This document shows, one piece after another, positions 22,955 to 35,206 of a stretch of 64,000 nucleotides of DNA (the first letter of the stretch is position 1; each line of letters opens with the position of its first letter). This stretch comes from an uncultured bacterium (GTDB taxonomy: Bacteria; Auribacterota; Erginobacteria; Erginobacterales; Erginobacteraceae). The notes below the pieces were generated by a model. The model was not told the origin of the DNA and ran no database searches. It worked only from the letters and a program-made list of their open reading frames with translations. The stretch lies in NCBI GenBank assembly GCA_963822585.1, contig CAWGIE010000019.1:128001-192000 (forward strand), in the 5' to 3' direction. A program made the translations under genes and the position numbers.

Positions 22955-23027
22955 AGCCGAAGGTCGGATTCGAACCGACGACCTGATCATTACGAATGAC
23001 CTGCTCTACCAGCTGAGCTACTTCGGC
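22955..23027 (-). tRNA. tRNA-Thr (anticodon CGT), CCA not encoded
   Basis: Minus strand reads GCCGAAGTAGCTCAGCTGGTAGAGCAGGTCATTCGTAATGATCAGGTCGTCGGTTCGAATCCGACCTTCGGCT, giving an acceptor stem, D arm, TTCGTAA loop and TTCGAAT T loop. Confidence 0.95.
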
Positions 23028-23266
23028 GTATTCTCAATCCTGACTTAGAATATTATTTAATGGGTATTGTGCTATCTCCTACCAGCCCCCGACAGCTTTC
23101 AGCCGTCGGGGTGTAAGGGCTTCATCAATTTTAGCTTCGCTTCGCTCTCCTAAAATTGTGAATCCCTAACATGAGCTACTTCGGCAATCTCAAATCAGCT
23201 TTGCTGATTTGAGAGTAATGTAATCTCTTCCCGCATGGATTTCAAATATAAAGTTAATGGGCACTT

Positions 23267-23348
23267 AGGTATTCCTGCCTGTGCGATAAAGTAACACAGA
23301 CATTCCTGTCTGTGCAGTATAAGGTGACACAGACATTCCTGTCTGTGC
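23267..23348. repeat. REP array (ACACAGACATTCCTGTCTGTG), 2 full copies plus 1 degenerate
   Basis: Same palindromic unit as the array around the IS at 39404-41548. Confidence 0.8.
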
Positions 23349-23560
23349 CGGATCCCAGCGAATTCAGGAGATTTCACCGGCAGATCCGTCGGTGGCACCG
23401 GCTCCGCCGAAGTAAATGGATATATTCATCATGAACCTCCCCTCATGAACTTCCACCTTGACGTTTTTCCAGGCCGCGAATATACTATTGGCGGGGTGTA
23501 CAGTAACCGAATCATCCCCGATCCCCGGAAAACCGCCGGTCGATTCGAGAGGTGCGGACA

Positions 23561-26500
23561 ATGAATAACGATAACAAAACCGACGCCGATATATTCCGAT
23601 CGATTTTCGAAGGCGCCAATGACGTCATCACCTTCGTTGACCGCTCCGGAAAAATCATCAACGTAAATCCAAAGGTCAAAGAAGTCCTTGGCTATGAGCC
23701 CGAAGAGATCATCGGGAAGAATTTCGCCCGTCTGAAGCTCATCCAACTCAAGGACGTACCGAAGCTGGTCAAACTTTTTAAAAACACGATCAGAAGGGGA
23801 AAAGTGAAACCGATCATGGAACTCGAACTGAAACGAAAAGGGGGGGGCACGGTTCCGGTTGAAGTCGGGACAAGTTTCATCAGGGAGAACGGAAAGGTCC
23901 GCTGGGTGGTGAACGTGTACCGGGATATCAGCGAGAGGAAAAAGATGGAGGGAATGCTCCGCCGGTCTCACGATGAACTGGAAAAGCGGGTGGAAGAACG
24001 TACAAAAGAACTCAAAGAAGCCAACCGCCGGCTGAAGACTGAGATCAAAGAACGTAGGCAAACTGAGCGCGACCTGAGGCTGTTTCAGGGGCTCATCGAT
24101 GGTTCGAGAGACTTCATTTCCATCATTGATCTGGAGAGCGGACGATACATCTACGTTAATAAAACCGTTTGTCAGAGAACCGGGTATTCGCGGGAACAAT
24201 GGCGAAAGATGCGTGTATCCGACATTGACCCCACGGTTACCGAATCCTGGGACGCGGAGAGAGAACGGAAGCGGCGGAAAAAGGAAAAAATCTACATCCG
24301 CGAAGGCCAGCTTAAAAAGAAAGACGGCATCGTTATTCCCCTGGAGATCGTCTCCTCAATTGTACATAGCGCCGGGAAAGATTATCTGGTCGCCTCCGCC
24401 CGTGATATCACCCAGCGTAAGCAGGCGGAGGAAGATGTGGGCGAGGCAAAGACGGATAGAAAAATATCAGATGATTGGTCCTAAACGCGGCGGAGGGAAT
24501 CACGCTGTCGCCACAAAAGAGCACCATTCTGGAGGTAAATCCCCGGGCACTGGAGATAGCGATGATGGAGCGGGAGGACCTCATCGGGAAAAACTTCATC
24601 CGGCTGATTCCCCGCCCAAAGATGAGCGTTCCCGCCGCGCTCGCCACGTTCAAACAACTGCTGCGCGGAAAACCCCTGAACCAGGTCGAGTGGACCTTGA
24701 CCAACAAGCAGGGGAAAGGAAATCACCATCGAGTGCAAGCATTCGCTCATCAAACGGGATGGGAAGAGGGTGTTAGGTCTGATGGCTACCGTCGAGGACA
24801 TCACCGAGCGCAAGCAGGCTGAGGAAAAAATTAAAATATTTCCCGATGCTATCGCTTCTGCCTTTGATTGCTATCCTGCTTACTGACGGAATTTAAGGAA
24901 TCAATTACTTTCGCAAATCAGTCCGCTATGAGCGACATTTGGATATACCCACGAGGAATTCTTGAAGCTAAGCATACCTGAAATCGACGCGGATCCAGAG
25001 TTTGCCAAAAAAATTGTGCGGGCGATCCAGAAGACAGAGGAAAATGGAGCGGTGGGACAATCGACATTAAAAAGAATAAGGAAACATTTCCTTGCCCTTC
25101 TATCCGCGTTTAAAATTCGAAAGATGAAAAGGGCAACCCAAAAGGGACGATGGGGATTATTCGAGACATTTCCGAGCTCAAGAAGACGGTGGAGGCGCTG
25201 CGTGAAAATGAGGCGCGCTACCGCGGGTTGTTTGACAATATCAGCAGTGGCGTGGCGATATATGAAGTCCGTGACAATGGAAAGGATTTCATTTTCAAGG
25301 ATTTCAATAAAGCGGGCGAGCGCTTAGACGACAACTGCAGGGAAGAACTGGTCGGTAAATCGATTTATGATGTCCGTCCGGGCATCAAGGAGTTCGGACT
25401 TCTGGATGTCTTCCGACGGGTTTGGAAAACAGGCCTATCGGAGCATTAATCCCCAGCAAGATGTACCAGGATGAGCAGATTGCAAAGTACTATGAAAATT
25501 TTGTGTACCGTCTGCCAAACGGGGAGATTGTGGCGGTTTATCAAGACGTTACCGAACGCAAACGGGCGGAGAAGGCGCTGCAGATCAGTGAAGCCCAGCT
25601 GTCCAACGCCATGGAGATCGCCAAGCTGGGGTATTGGGAGTACGACGTAGCCGAAGACCTGTTCACTTTCAACGATCACTTTTACTCGATTTTCCGCACG
25701 TCGGCCGAGAGGGTCGGCGGATATCAAATATCGTCCGCCCGGTACGCTCAGCTCTTCCTGCATCCTGATGACAGACCGCTGGTAGCCGCTGAGATAAAAA
25801 AATCCCTGGAAACCGCCGATCCGCATTTCAGCCGCCAACTGGAACACCGCATTATCTATGCCGACGGCGAACCAGGCTACATTTCCGTCCGCTTCTTCAT
25901 CGTTAAAGATAAACAGGGTCGAACGGTCAAGACTTTCGGCGCGAATCAGGACATCACCGAGCAAAAGCGCCCGGCCGAGGAATTACGGAAGATGCAAAAG
26001 CATCTGGAAGGCACCGTTAACGCGTTGCCCGATTTAATGTTCGAAGTGGACGCCCAGGGCCGAATTTATAATTATCATACCCCGACTCTCCAAATACTTT
26101 ATGTGCCTCCAGAGAAATTTCTGAACAAGACTTTCAGACAGGTACTTCCAAAGGATGCGGCGGATACCATTATGAGAAGCATCGCGGCGGCCGCCGAGAA
26201 AGGATATCACCGCGGCGCAACCTATTCTCTGAAAATGCCGGAAGGTCTTTGCTGGTTCGAGCTTTCGATTTCCGTCTGGGGCAATCCCAAGTCACCGGAG
26301 TGCCGGTTCATAGTCTTGGTGCGCGATATCACCGAGCGCATAAAGCTGGAGGAGAACTTATTGAGGTCGCGGGAGCAGCTGCATAAGCTCACCCAGCATC
26401 TGGAAGCGGTGCGGGAAGAAGAGCAGCAGCGCATCTCCCGGGAACTCCATGATGAACTGGGTCAGGTGCTGACCGCCTTGAAGATCGATGTCTCCTGGTT

Positions 26501-27053
26501 GAAAAAGAGACCGGCGGCCTTTCAGGATAAAGCCGTCTCGGAAAAAATTCATACGATGGCCGAGTTGATCGACCAGACGATTGAAACAACGAAGAGAATT
26601 TCCACCGCACTGCGGCCGGCGATACTCGATGACCTGGGCCTCATTCCGGCGGTCGAGTGGCAGATAAACGAATTTACAAAGCACTCGGGGATCAAAGGCG
26701 CTTTTTCCGTCACGCCGCCGGAAATCATCGTCCCCCCGGAGATCGCAACCGCGGTCTTCCGCATCCTGCAGGAGTCGTTGACGAACATACTCCGTTACGC
26801 GAATGCCACCAGAGTGAAAATCAGCCTGAACGCGACGGGAGAACAGATCGAATTGAAGGTGCGGGACAACGGCAAGGGAATCAACAAAGAGAAAATTAAA
26901 GGTCCTCTATCGTTTGGTTTGATCGGCATGCGGGAGCGGCTTTATCCCTTCGGAGGTGCCCTGGATATCAAAGGCCGGAAAGGCAAGGGAACCACCGTCT
27001 CCGTCGTCATTCCTTTGAGACCGAGCCATAAAAAAGAGAAAAAAGAGGAATAA
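23561..27053 (+). pseudogene. Multi-PAS sensor histidine kinase (HisKA_3/UhpB-NarX type) broken by several frameshifts between ~24430 and ~25460 (pseudogene or consensus error)
   Basis: Consecutive PAS/PAC fragments in different frames (23552-24484, 24475-24822, 25150-25449, 25422-27053). The last has ISRELHDELGQ, ESLTNILRYA, DNGKG and FGLIGMRER. Confidence 0.8.
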
Positions 27054-27100
27054 AAAGTAGGTTAGTTACGACTAATGGGGTGAAGACAACATTAATATTT

Positions 27101-27286
27101 CCGATTTCCGATTGCCAATTGCCGATTGATTTTAATTTTCGATTGCCGAATGCCGATTGCCGATTGATTTTAATTTTCGATTGCCGAATGCCAATTGCCG
27201 ATTGATTTTAATTTTCGATTGCCGATTGCCGATTGCCGATTGATTTTAATTTTCGATTGCCGAATGTCAATTGCCGATTGTTGATT
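27101..27286. repeat. Tandem repeat: four 38-bp units built on GATTGCC heptamers
   Basis: Units ATTGCCGATTGATTTTAATTTTCGATTGCCGAATGCCG start at 27118, 27156, 27194 and 27232; no unique spacers. Confidence 0.9.
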
Positions 27287-27312
27287 AGCTTTGAAAAATA
27301 TCGGCGATAAGA

Positions 27313-27693
27313 ATGATGCATGCGGAAGAATTAAAGAAGAGGACTAAAAAATTTGCTTTGCGAATATTAAAGCTGTCGACGGCGTTGCCCAACACGGCTG
27401 AAGGCCGCACGGTCAAAAATCAGCTTATTAGATCTGGCACCTCAGTTGGCGCAAATTATCGTTCTGCTTGCAAGGGGCGGTCAAAAGCTGAATTTATCGC
27501 CAAGTTAGGCATAGTGGAAGAGGAAGCGGACGAAAGCGCATTCTGGTTGGAGTTGATCATCGAGGGAGGTCTATTAAAGAAAGAAGCTGTCCAACCTTTA
27601 TTGCGTGAGGCCAATGAACTGACTGCAATCATCGCCGCGTCACGTAAAACCGCCGCGCGGAATGGTTCTCCTCGCAAAAATACTCGTACTTAG
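27313..27693 (+). CDS. Four helix bundle protein (23S rRNA IVS-encoded protein-like, TIGR02436 type)
   Basis: Motif QLIRSGTSVGANYRSACKGRSKAEFIAKLGIVEEEADESAFWLELI. Confidence 0.92.
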   Translation: MMHAEELKKRTKKFALRILKLSTALPNTAEGRTVKNQLIRSGTSVGANYRSACKGRSKAEFIAKLGIVEEEADESAFWLELIIEGGLLKKEAVQPLLREANELTAIIAASRKTAARNGSPRKNTRT

Positions 27694-27750
27694 TTATAAC
27701 AACGTTAGTCATAAAATTGCCAATCGGAAATCGGCAATTGGAAATCGGCA

Positions 27751-28383
27751 ATGATAAAAATTCTCATCGCTGACGACCACGCCCTCCTCCGCCGGGGCCT
27801 CAAACAGATCATCTCGGAGACCCGCGACATGGAGGTGACCGGGGCGGCGAGTACCGGCGCGGAAGTGATCGAAAAGGCATCGAAAAACGATTACGACATC
27901 ATCGTTCTCGACATCACCATGCCCGGCGTCAGCGGGCTGGAAATTCTGAAACAACTGAAGCATGACCATCCCCGCCTCCCGGTCCTTATTCTGAGCTTTC
28001 ATCCCGAGGAACAATATGCCGTGAGGGCGTTACGCGCCGGGGCGGCGGGTTATCTGACCAAGGAGAGCGCGGCGGACGAGCTGCTCGTCGCCCTCCGCGC
28101 CATCGCCCGGGGGAAGAAGTACGTCACCTCCTCCCTGGCGGATAAACTGGTCGAGGCCGTGGGGATAGAGATCGACAAACTTCCCCACGAGAGACTCTCC
28201 GACCGGGAGTTCCAGGTGTTGCGGCTGATCGCCGCGGGGAAAGGGATCACGGAGATCGCCGGAGAGCTCTTTTTAAGCCCCAAGACCGTCAGCACCTACC
28301 GCTCCCGCATCCTCCTGAAAACGGGGATGAAAAACAGCGCCGAGCTCACCCATTACGCCGTCACGCATGGATTGGTGGAGTAG
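27751..28383 (+). CDS. NarL/UvrY-family response regulator (REC + LuxR HTH)
   Basis: Motifs IADDH, LDITMP and LSDREFQVLRLIA...LSPKTVSTYR. Confidence 0.93.
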   Translation: MIKILIADDHALLRRGLKQIISETRDMEVTGAASTGAEVIEKASKNDYDIIVLDITMPGVSGLEILKQLKHDHPRLPVLILSFHPEEQYAVRALRAGAAGYLTKESAADELLVALRAIARGKKYVTSSLADKLVEAVGIEIDKLPHERLSDREFQVLRLIAAGKGITEIAGELFLSPKTVSTYRSRILLKTGMKNSAELTHYAVTHGLVE

Positions 28384-28523
28384 GGTATTTCCGATTGCCG
28401 ATTGCCGATTGCCGATTGCCATTTCCGATTTGGGCTTCGCAAGTTACAATCGGGGCTCGGGGAAAATCAGCAATTGGCAATAGGCAGTGTTATAATAATC
28501 CAATAGATGGAATATTTAACATC

Positions 28524-28739
28524 ATGAAAAACACCGGACATATTGTTTGGTATGCCGATCTGGACAAGCTGGATTTAAACGATCCGTGGCTGAAAAAATG
28601 GTGGGTCCAGCAGGTATTAATCCATGGAAGATTCGAGGATATAAACCGCCTGAATTTTAATGAGGTTAAAGAACTTCTGCCTTCTCTGCGAATCCCTGAA
28701 AAAATCAAATCCCTCTGGGAAGATTACTTTAACATCTAA
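28524..28739 (+). CDS. Small putative antitoxin partner of the AbiEii-type toxin (DUF6922-like)
   Basis: 71 aa (W.ADLDKLDL...QQVLIHG...DI), 4 bp upstream of the toxin; extended -10 TGTTATAAT at 28488-28496. Confidence 0.6.
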   Translation: MKNTGHIVWYADLDKLDLNDPWLKKWWVQQVLIHGRFEDINRLNFNEVKELLPSLRIPEKIKSLWEDYFNI

Positions 28740-28743
28740 GAAT

Positions 28744-29433
28744 ATGAAAATATTAACCCCACTCCAGGAAGAGCTGCTCCGAATCTTTGCCGGGATAGAA
28801 GAATCAAATCTTTTTTACCTGACCGGCGGCACTGCTCTGGCAGCGGTCTATTTAAAACATAGATATTCGAGAGACCTTGATTTATTTACCAGCAAAGAAG
28901 AAATCCTAGGTTATGTGGGAGACCGCATCCTGAATAACCTCAAGTCAGGTCCGATCAAAGTTACGGCTACAAGAAAATTTAAAAGTTTTTACGAAATAAT
29001 GGTCAGAAAAAGAGAACAGGAATGCCCGATACATCTTGCGTTGGACAGTCCTTTCAGATTTGAAGAGCCTGAAGAAAAACTCTATGGGGTCAAAATAGAT
29101 TCTTTTATTGATATCGCCACCAATAAACTTTTAGCTCTTTTCGGACGGACCGAACCAAGGGACTTCGTTGATGTTTTTTTTCTGCTCAAGGAACATTTCC
29201 CACTGGAAGAACTCATAGAGAAGGCCAGTCAGAAGGACCCGGGACTCGATGGCTATTACCTGGCTATCGCTTTTCATCAAGCGGAGGAACTTCCCGATGA
29301 TTTGTCAAAATTGCCCGTAAAGATGGTCAAACCGCTTGACCTGGAAGAGATGAAGGAATATTTCATCAGGCAGGCTTTGCTTCTTATAGAAAAAGCAACA
29401 AAAACCGCATCCCAAAGGGATGCCATATCATAG
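28744..29433 (+). CDS. Nucleotidyltransferase, AbiEii/AbiGii toxin family
   Basis: Motifs FYLTGGTALA..YLKHRYSRDLDLF and NKLLALFGRTEPRDFVD. Confidence 0.88.
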   Translation: MKILTPLQEELLRIFAGIEESNLFYLTGGTALAAVYLKHRYSRDLDLFTSKEEILGYVGDRILNNLKSGPIKVTATRKFKSFYEIMVRKREQECPIHLALDSPFRFEEPEEKLYGVKIDSFIDIATNKLLALFGRTEPRDFVDVFFLLKEHFPLEELIEKASQKDPGLDGYYLAIAFHQAEELPDDLSKLPVKMVKPLDLEEMKEYFIRQALLLIEKATKTASQRDAIS

Positions 29434-29751
29434 CCCGGCGAGAATCGCCGGGGTGTTTTTAATTGCCGATTTTCGATTGTGCCGCGATCGGAAATCGGCA
29501 ATTCCCTCTCCTATCCTGCCCCGCGATGAACAAAGTTCATTCAGCGGGGCTCCCCTCCCCTCATCTCCTGTAGGACAAATCCTTACAAAAAAATCAGTCT
29601 TTCGCTGATATACCATACATATGCGCCCTACTACCCTGTTAATGTGGGGCGCCATCGATATTATATTCTGGCAGCACCCTGAAGAAGATAGCCGACTGAA
29701 TGCACTGCCTCGGGGTTTCAATCATAAAATTTCCCGAAGGAAAATTTTAAA

Positions 29752-30180
29752 ATGAAGATCTTTATCGCAGACGATTCCCAACTTCTCCGCGATCGATTAA
29801 AGAACACCCTCACCGAAGTAGAGGGGGTGGAAATCATCGGTGAAGCGGAAGACGCGCTGGAAGCGCGGCACCTGATCGAAAAGCTCGAACCGGACGCGGT
29901 GATCCTCGACATCCGAATGCCGGGCGGTAGCGGGATCGACGTGATCCACTCGATCAAGAAGCTCCACCCGAACACTGTCGTGATCATGCTCACCGGGTAT
30001 CCCTATCCGCAATATCAGAAACGGTGCCTGGAATCGGGCGCGGACTACTTTTTCGACAAGTCCCTCGGTTTGGATGACCTCATACTGTTGGTCAATACAT
30101 TGATCCATTCTGCGAAATGTCGAGTGACCGCCGGGAAGCACCGGAGAAAAGGCGGACGAAAAATAAAAACGGGCGGATAA
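29752..30180 (+). CDS. Stand-alone response regulator (REC)
   Basis: Motifs IADDS, LDIRMPGGSG and GADYFFDKS. Confidence 0.88.
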   Translation: MKIFIADDSQLLRDRLKNTLTEVEGVEIIGEAEDALEARHLIEKLEPDAVILDIRMPGGSGIDVIHSIKKLHPNTVVIMLTGYPYPQYQKRCLESGADYFFDKSLGLDDLILLVNTLIHSAKCRVTAGKHRRKGGRKIKTGG

Positions 30181-30191
30181 AAGGCGTGGTG

Positions 30192-31319
<1,128 letters not shown>

Positions 31320-31337
31320 TCAAAAGGAGGAGCGACC

Positions 31338-31796
31338 ATGTGCCCGGAAAAGTTCGTCAAACCTATCGATATTCTTCTGGTTGAAGATAACCCCGGGGAC
31401 GCTGACCTGGCCCGGGAGACCCTGGAGAACAGCAAGGTATACAATAAACTTCACGTGGTCGACGACGGGGAGAAGGCAATGGCGTTCCTTCGCCGCGAGG
31501 GGAAGTTCGCGGACGCTCCGCGGCCCGACCTCGTGATTCTGGACCTCAATCTGCCCAAAAAAGACGGCCGGGAGGTCCTGGCCGAGATCAAGTCGGACCG
31601 GGATCTCAAACGGATCCCGGTGGTGATCCTGACCATCTCCAGCGATGAAGAGGACATTCTCAAAACCTATGATCTGCACGCGAACTGCTTCATCACAAAG
31701 CCGATCGACCTGAACCAGTTCATCAAGGTCGTGGAATCCATCGAGGATTTCTGGCTCACCATCGTCAAGCTTCCGCCCCGGGGAGACCAGAGATGA
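31338..31796 (+). CDS. Rcp1-like single-domain response regulator
   Basis: Motifs [29 protein letters not shown] and ANCFITKP. Confidence 0.92.
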   Translation: MCPEKFVKPIDILLVEDNPGDADLARETLENSKVYNKLHVVDDGEKAMAFLRREGKFADAPRPDLVILDLNLPKKDGREVLAEIKSDRDLKRIPVVILTISSDEEDILKTYDLHANCFITKPIDLNQFIKVVESIEDFWLTIVKLPPRGDQR

Positions 31797-34441
31797 ACGA
31801 AACGGTGCGGACTCTTATCGTCGAAGACAACCCGGGCGACGTCGACTTGATCCGGGAGATGCTGACGGCGGGGGGCCCCGTGTCTTTCGAAATCGAGTCC
31901 GCACCCTGCCTCTCTGAGGCGCTCGCCCGGCTGGCAGGCGGGGGAATCGATGTTCTCTTGATAGACCTCGGGCTGCCCGACAGCCGGGGGCTGGAAACCT
32001 TCCGCACTCTGCAGGAAGCGGCGCCGGACCTGCCGGCGATCGTGTTGACGGGAAACGATGACGAGGAAGCGGCCATTACCGCGGTGAGGGAAGGCGCCCA
32101 GGACTACCTTATCAAGGGACAGATAGAAAGCAGTCTGCTCATGCGCGCGGTCCGGTACGCCGTGGAGCGCAATCGGGTGGAGGCGGCGCTACATGAGTCG
32201 GAGTCAAGATATCGCATGCTTTTCAATAGAAGTGCCGACGGCATATTGATTGCCGACATCGATACCAGGGTTTTCACGTACGCGAATCCGGCCCTCTGCC
32301 GGATGCTGGGATACACCGAGAAAGAATTGACAACCATGGGCGTGGCGGACATTCATCCCAAAGATTTTTTGCAGAGCGTCGTGGACGAGTTCGAAGCCCA
32401 GGCACGGGGAGTCAAGACTTTGTCATCGAACATCCCTTGTCTCAGGAAGGATGGGACAATTTTCTATGCGGATATCAACACGTTCAGCATCTCTCTTAAA
32501 GGCAGGATGTGCAACGTGGGTTTCTTCCGGGACATCACCGAGCGCAAGAAGGCGGAGGAGACGCTGCGGGAGTCGGAAGAAAAATACCGGTCGCTGGTGA
32601 AGGCGGTGGTTGATCCGATCATTATGATGAACATGCGGGGAGAAGTTCTTTTGTGCAATGACGCGGCCACGGTTTTGTTTAACAATCCGGAGAGCGAGAT
32701 TCTGAATCAAAATGTATTCGAATTACTACCGGAGAAGCAGGCATCGGCCTGGCGGGAAACTATGGTGAAAGTGATCGCCTCCGAGACTCCGAAGGCTCTG
32801 GCGCACCGGCATAACGAGCGCTATTTTGAATCAATCTTCGCTCCCGTGACTGATCCGGAGGGCCGCGTCTTCGCCGTGACCGTTGTCGCCCGGGATCTCA
32901 CCGACCGGAAACTGGACGAGGAGGAGATCGAAAAGCTGGCCAGGTTTCCTTCCGAGAACCCCAACCCGGTCCTGAGAGTGGCGAATGACGGGACACTGCT
33001 TTATTCCAATAAATTGGGGGAACTCCTGTTAAAAGAGTGGAAATGCCGGAGGGGAGAAGCCCTGCCGGAAGAGTGGCGCGCCAGGGTCGCGGGGATATTC
33101 CGTTCCGGCACGGTTACCGACATTGAGATCGAGTGCGACGATAAAGTTTTCTCCTTGATTTTATGCCCGGTTGCGGAAAGCGAATATATCAATATTTACG
33201 GGATAGACATAACCGGGTCCAAAAACGCGGAAGAGGCCCTCCGGCAGAGCGAAGAACAGCTCCGCCAGGGACAGAAGATGGAGGCGGTCGGGAGGCTGGC
33301 CGGGGGTATCGCCCACGATTTCAACAACCTGTTGACGGCGATAACGGGCTTCAGCGATTTGACGCTCGCTCAACTCCCTGAAGGATCCCCGCTGTTCGAC
33401 GATATCGGAACGATCAAGAAAGCCGCTTTTCGGGCCGCCGCTCTCACCCGGCAGCTTCTCGCCTTCAGCCGCCAGCAGGCGCTCCAGCCCCAGATACTCA
33501 ACCTCAATGAAACAATCAGTAATCTGGATAAGATGCTCCGTCGCATCATCGGCGAAGATATCGAGATCGTCACCAGGCTTGCTGAAACAATCCCGCGCGT
33601 AAAAGCCGACCCGGGCCAGATCGAGCAGGTTATCATGAATCTCGTGGTCAACGCCCGTGACGCCATGCCCGACGGGGGCACCATCACCGTTGTCACGGAA
33701 AAAGTCAGCCTGGACCGGGACGAGGCCGCGATCATCTCCGAAGCGCATCCCGGACATTTCGTCCGACTCTCCGTGGAGGACACGGGTACCGGCATAGACC
33801 CCCAGGTCATCGAACATATTTTCGAACCCTTCTTCACCACAAAGAAAGTCGAGGAGGGCACGGGACTCGGTCTCTCTACTGTCTACGGTATCGTGAAACA
33901 GCACGGCGGCTGGATCAACGCGTATAGCGAGCCCGGACAGGGTTCGGTTTTTAAAGTGTATCTGCCGGCTTTCGACGTAGGAACCGGCTGGGAGACCGAT
34001 GAAACAGGTTCCCGGGAGCCGCCCCGGGGCGCGGGGGAAAAAATCCTGGTTGTGGAGGATGAAAAGGGTGTCCGCGATTTCATCAGCCGGGCGTTCCGCC
34101 AGTATGGCTATGTCGTCCTCGCGGCAGATTCAATCGCCGAAGGGGAAAAAATCTTCAATGAGCATCCCGGCGGCATCGACCTTCTCTTTACCGACGTTCT
34201 GCTTACCGACGGGTCCGGTCTTCGCCTGGCCCAACAACTCCGCGGACGCCAACCGGATCTGGCCATCCTGCTCTGCAGCGGATACAGCGACGGGCATTTC
34301 CGCTGGACGGCGGAGGATAAAGAAACCTTCCGCCTGCTCCAGAAACCGTGCCCATTGTACGACCTCCTTTCCGCCGTGAAGGATGCGTTGCGGGAACGGA
34401 CGGAGAAAAAGGCGAAAAACGATGCCGTCAAAAAATCATGA
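31793..34441 (+). CDS. Hybrid histidine kinase REC-PAS(x2-3)-HisKA-HATPase-REC (CckA-like)
   Basis: Motifs [27 protein letters not shown] and FEPFFTTK...GTGLGLS; REC domains at both ends. Confidence 0.92.
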   Translation: MNETVRTLIVEDNPGDVDLIREMLTAGGPVSFEIESAPCLSEALARLAGGGIDVLLIDLGLPDSRGLETFRTLQEAAPDLPAIVLTGNDDEEAAITAVREGAQDYLIKGQIESSLLMRAVRYAVERNRVEAALHESESRYRMLFNRSADGILIADIDTRVFTYANPALCRMLGYTEKELTTMGVADIHPKDFLQSVVDEFEAQARGVKTLSSNIPCLRKDGTIFYADINTFSISLKGRMCNVGFFRDITERKKAEETLRESEEKYRSLVKAVVDPIIMMNMRGEVLLCNDAATVLFNNPESEILNQNVFELLPEKQASAWRETMVKVIASETPKALAHRHNERYFESIFAPVTDPEGRVFAVTVVARDLTDRKLDEEEIEKLARFPSENPNPVLRVANDGTLLYSNKLGELLLKEWKCRRGEALPEEWRARVAGIFRSGTVTDIEIECDDKVFSLILCPVAESEYINIYGIDITGSKNAEEALRQSEEQLRQGQKMEAVGRLAGGIAHDFNNLLTAITGFSDLTLAQLPEGSPLFDDIGTIKKAAFRAAALTRQLLAFSRQQALQPQILNLNETISNLDKMLRRIIGEDIEIVTRLAETIPRVKADPGQIEQVIMNLVVNARDAMPDGGTITVVTEKVSLDRDEAAIISEAHPGHFVRLSVEDTGTGIDPQVIEHIFEPFFTTKKVEEGTGLGLSTVYGIVKQHGGWINAYSEPGQGSVFKVYLPAFDVGTGWETDETGSREPPRGAGEKILVVEDEKGVRDFISRAFRQYGYVVLAADSIAEGEKIFNEHPGGIDLLFTDVLLTDGSGLRLAQQLRGRQPDLAILLCSGYSDGHFRWTAEDKETFRLLQKPCPLYDLLSAVKDALRERTEKKAKNDAVKKS

Positions 34442-34457
34442 TTGCAGGGAGGGGAGA

Positions 34458-34716
34458 TGTAGCACCCCGTTGGGGTGCGGGGATAGGCGGTGCCGGGGTT
34501 TCCGGACCCGGGGTTGCACCCCGGGCTATGATGTTGGACGCCGTTGGCGTCCGGCGAAACGCACCCCAACGGGGTGCAATATCATAACCCGGCGAGAATC
34601 ACCGGGACACGGCGCAATCAACACATTAAACCGCACCCCACCGGGGTGCCACATGATCCCGCGAAACGCACCCCAAAGGGGTGCCACATCATAGCCCGGC
34701 GCGAGAATCGCCGGGG
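34458..34716. repeat. REP cluster (GCACCCC-N3-GGGGTGC and CCCGG..CCGGG hairpins)
   Basis: At least four GCACCCCnnnGGGGTGC palindromes. The last unit matches 29408-29453. Confidence 0.8.
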
Positions 34717-34754
34717 AAAAACACAATAATGAAGCAAGGTTTTTTTCCATTAAG

Positions 34755-35198
34755 ATGAGATCCGACACAAAACAAAAAATCCTGATCGTGGAAGACATCG
34801 AGGAGGGCGCGCGCCTACTGGAAAGGCTGCTGGCCGGAGCCGGATACGAGACGGCCGTTGCCCGCAACGGCAAGGAAGCCCTGGCCGCCGTCAGCCGGGA
34901 ACGGCCCGGCCTGATCCTGCTCGATATCGAGATGCCGGAGATGAACGGGCTGCAAGCCTGCAAGGCAATCAGGGACGATCCCGCCAATGAAGTCGTCCCC
35001 ATAGTGATGCTGACCGTGAAGGATCAGCCAAGCAACATCGTGAAAGCCCTCGAGGCGGGAGCCGACGATTACCTTTTCAAGTCGGCGACAAAGGAAGAAC
35101 TGCTCAAAAAGATAAAAAGTCTATTGGCTCTGGGCGCCGGAGGCGATCTTCCCAGCCAGTATTATCTGAAGAAAAATACTACAATTTTTACACAGTAA
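34755..35198 (+). CDS. Single-domain response regulator
   Basis: Motifs ILIVED, LLDIEMPEMNG and GADDYLFK. Confidence 0.88.
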   Translation: MRSDTKQKILIVEDIEEGARLLERLLAGAGYETAVARNGKEALAAVSRERPGLILLDIEMPEMNGLQACKAIRDDPANEVVPIVMLTVKDQPSNIVKALEAGADDYLFKSATKEELLKKIKSLLALGAGGDLPSQYYLKKNTTIFTQ

Positions 35199-35206
35199 AA
35201 ATTGTA

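Noticed and set aside
23079..23185. Second functional or intron-containing tRNA
   Set aside because: Only the 5' acceptor and D-arm portion is present; no anticodon or T arm follows.
27101..27286. CRISPR array
   Set aside because: The 38-bp units are contiguous with no unique spacers, and no cas genes are present.
27313..27693. Diversity-generating retroelement (Avd-like four-helix bundle)
   Set aside because: No reverse transcriptase is present, and I saw no template/variable repeat pair differing only at adenines.
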